Source of the DNA: Solirubrobacteraceae bacterium
GTDB lineage: Bacteria; Actinomycetota; Thermoleophilia; Solirubrobacterales; Solirubrobacteraceae
Assembly (NCBI GenBank): GCA_036262195.1
Contig: DATAJI010000151.1
Coordinates: forward strand, 1 to 29,854
Reading direction: 5' to 3'
DNA: 29,854 nucleotides
A program made the translations under genes and the position numbers. Of this stretch, positions 29,188 to 29,854 are shown in pieces. How positions within the stretch are numbered: position 1 is the stretch's first letter; each line of letters begins with the position of its first letter. Below the pieces are notes generated by a model. The model made no database searches, was not told the origin of the DNA, and was given only the letters and a program-made list of their open reading frames with translations.

Positions 29188-29854
29188 CGCGTTTCCTTCT
29201 CGTAGGGGTCGAAGTGTGGATGGAGCTCACTGCGTGCAAGCAGCGCAGCGCCGCGGACGCCGGCCTTTGGTCCCGAGCGGGCGAGACGGATCTCGGTCTT
29301 TGTCCCCAAGCCCTCACGGACGTACTCCCAAGCCGCCTGCTTGGCTGGTTCGAGCAGCAGCTCGCCGGCCGCCGACACGCCGCCTCCGATCGCGACGACG
29401 TCGGGATCGAAGGTGTTGATCGCGTTGGCGACGCCGATTCCGACGCGCCGGCCGAGCAGCTTGAGTAGGCCGATCGCGACATCGTCGCCGGCGCGCGCCG
29501 CGGCCACCGTCTCCGGTCCCGCGATCTGCCCCGACGTTGCAAGCCGCTCGCCGATCGTTGAGCGCGGGTTCGTCGCGGCGGCCTCGCGCGTCAGGCGGTC
29601 GAGCTCGTGGCCTGCAGCGAGCGCTTCGAGTGACCCGGGTTGGGGGGAGCGCTCGGTTGCCGGAGGGATGTCGTGTTCGATGCCGATCAGCGTGTGGCCG
29701 ATTTCCCCCGCGCCGCCGGTTGCGCCGCGGTAGGGACGGCCACCGATCACGATACCGCCGCCGACGCCGGTGCCGATCGTAAGCATCACGAGGTGGCGCA
29801 CGTCGAGCCGTCCCTGCTCGTCGTGGGCCTCGGCGAGCGCGGCTACGGTGGCGT
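29184..29854 (-). CDS. ROK-family sugar kinase (probable glucokinase), 5' end outside the window
   Basis: The frame continues upstream of the ORF call: (D)ATVAALAE..., [26 protein letters not shown] and AGVRGAA. The stop overlaps the tkt start (ATGA). Confidence 0.88.
   Translation of the reverse strand, partial: ATVAALAEAHDEQGRLDVRHLVMLTIGTGVGGGIVIGGRPYRGATGGAGEIGHTLIGIEHDIPPATERSPQPGSLEALAAGHELDRLTREAAATNPRSTIGERLATSGQIAGPETVAAARAGDDVAIGLLKLLGRRVGIGVANAINTFDPDVVAIGGGVSAAGELLLEPAKQAAWEYVREGLGTKTEIRLARSGPKAGVRGAALLARSELHPHFDPYEKETR

Noticed and set aside
22353-29205. Several long plus-strand ORFs opposite zwf, gnd, tal-pgi and tkt
   Set aside because: Typical antisense open frames of high-GC coding DNA, with no recognisable motifs.
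1-29854. CRISPR array, IS/transposase, prophage, tRNA or rRNA
   Set aside because: I saw no spaced direct-repeat array, terminal inverted repeats, integrase/transposase motifs or RNA-gene signatures; intergenic gaps are short and otherwise accounted for.

Overview
High-GC chromosomal window (roughly 70% by eye). The gene content and promoter style suggest an actinobacterium, probably Thermoleophilia/Solirubrobacterales; this is inference, not a database result. No mobile elements, CRISPR arrays, rRNA or tRNA genes were seen. Left end (1-4437): a phosphate/polyphosphate module with the ppk1 5' end, two half-length CHAD genes, a probable 20-aa leaderless uORF, sixA, an OmpR/PhoB-type regulator with an atypical receiver, phoU, a receiver-less paralogue of that regulator, and DUF47. 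It has no sensor kinase and no Pst/Pit transporter in the window. PHO-box-like 11-nt direct repeats (TCAC core) occur at 2464-2485, 3721-3764 and 10238-10259. Middle: a large secreted lytic transglycosylase with Gly-X-X repeats and a degenerate M23 domain; a PHP-phosphoesterase/GT4 fusion plus DUF2334 behind a PHO-like box; egtB-egtD; a membrane-anchored zincin; rhodanese; an MptB-like GT-C; a cold-shock protein; msrB; a RibD-C reductase; MscS; a small His-rich membrane protein. Right end (18745-29854, minus strand): a tightly coupled operon, ROK kinase-tkt-tal/pgi fusion-gnd-zwf-opcA-pgl-histidine phosphatase-uppP. The most promising leads are (i) a kinase-less Pho regulatory cassette with a truncated DNA-binding paralogue and split CHAD, and (ii) a putative phosphate-starvation lipid/lipoglycan remodelling system (PHP-GT4 + DUF2334, possibly with the GT-C).
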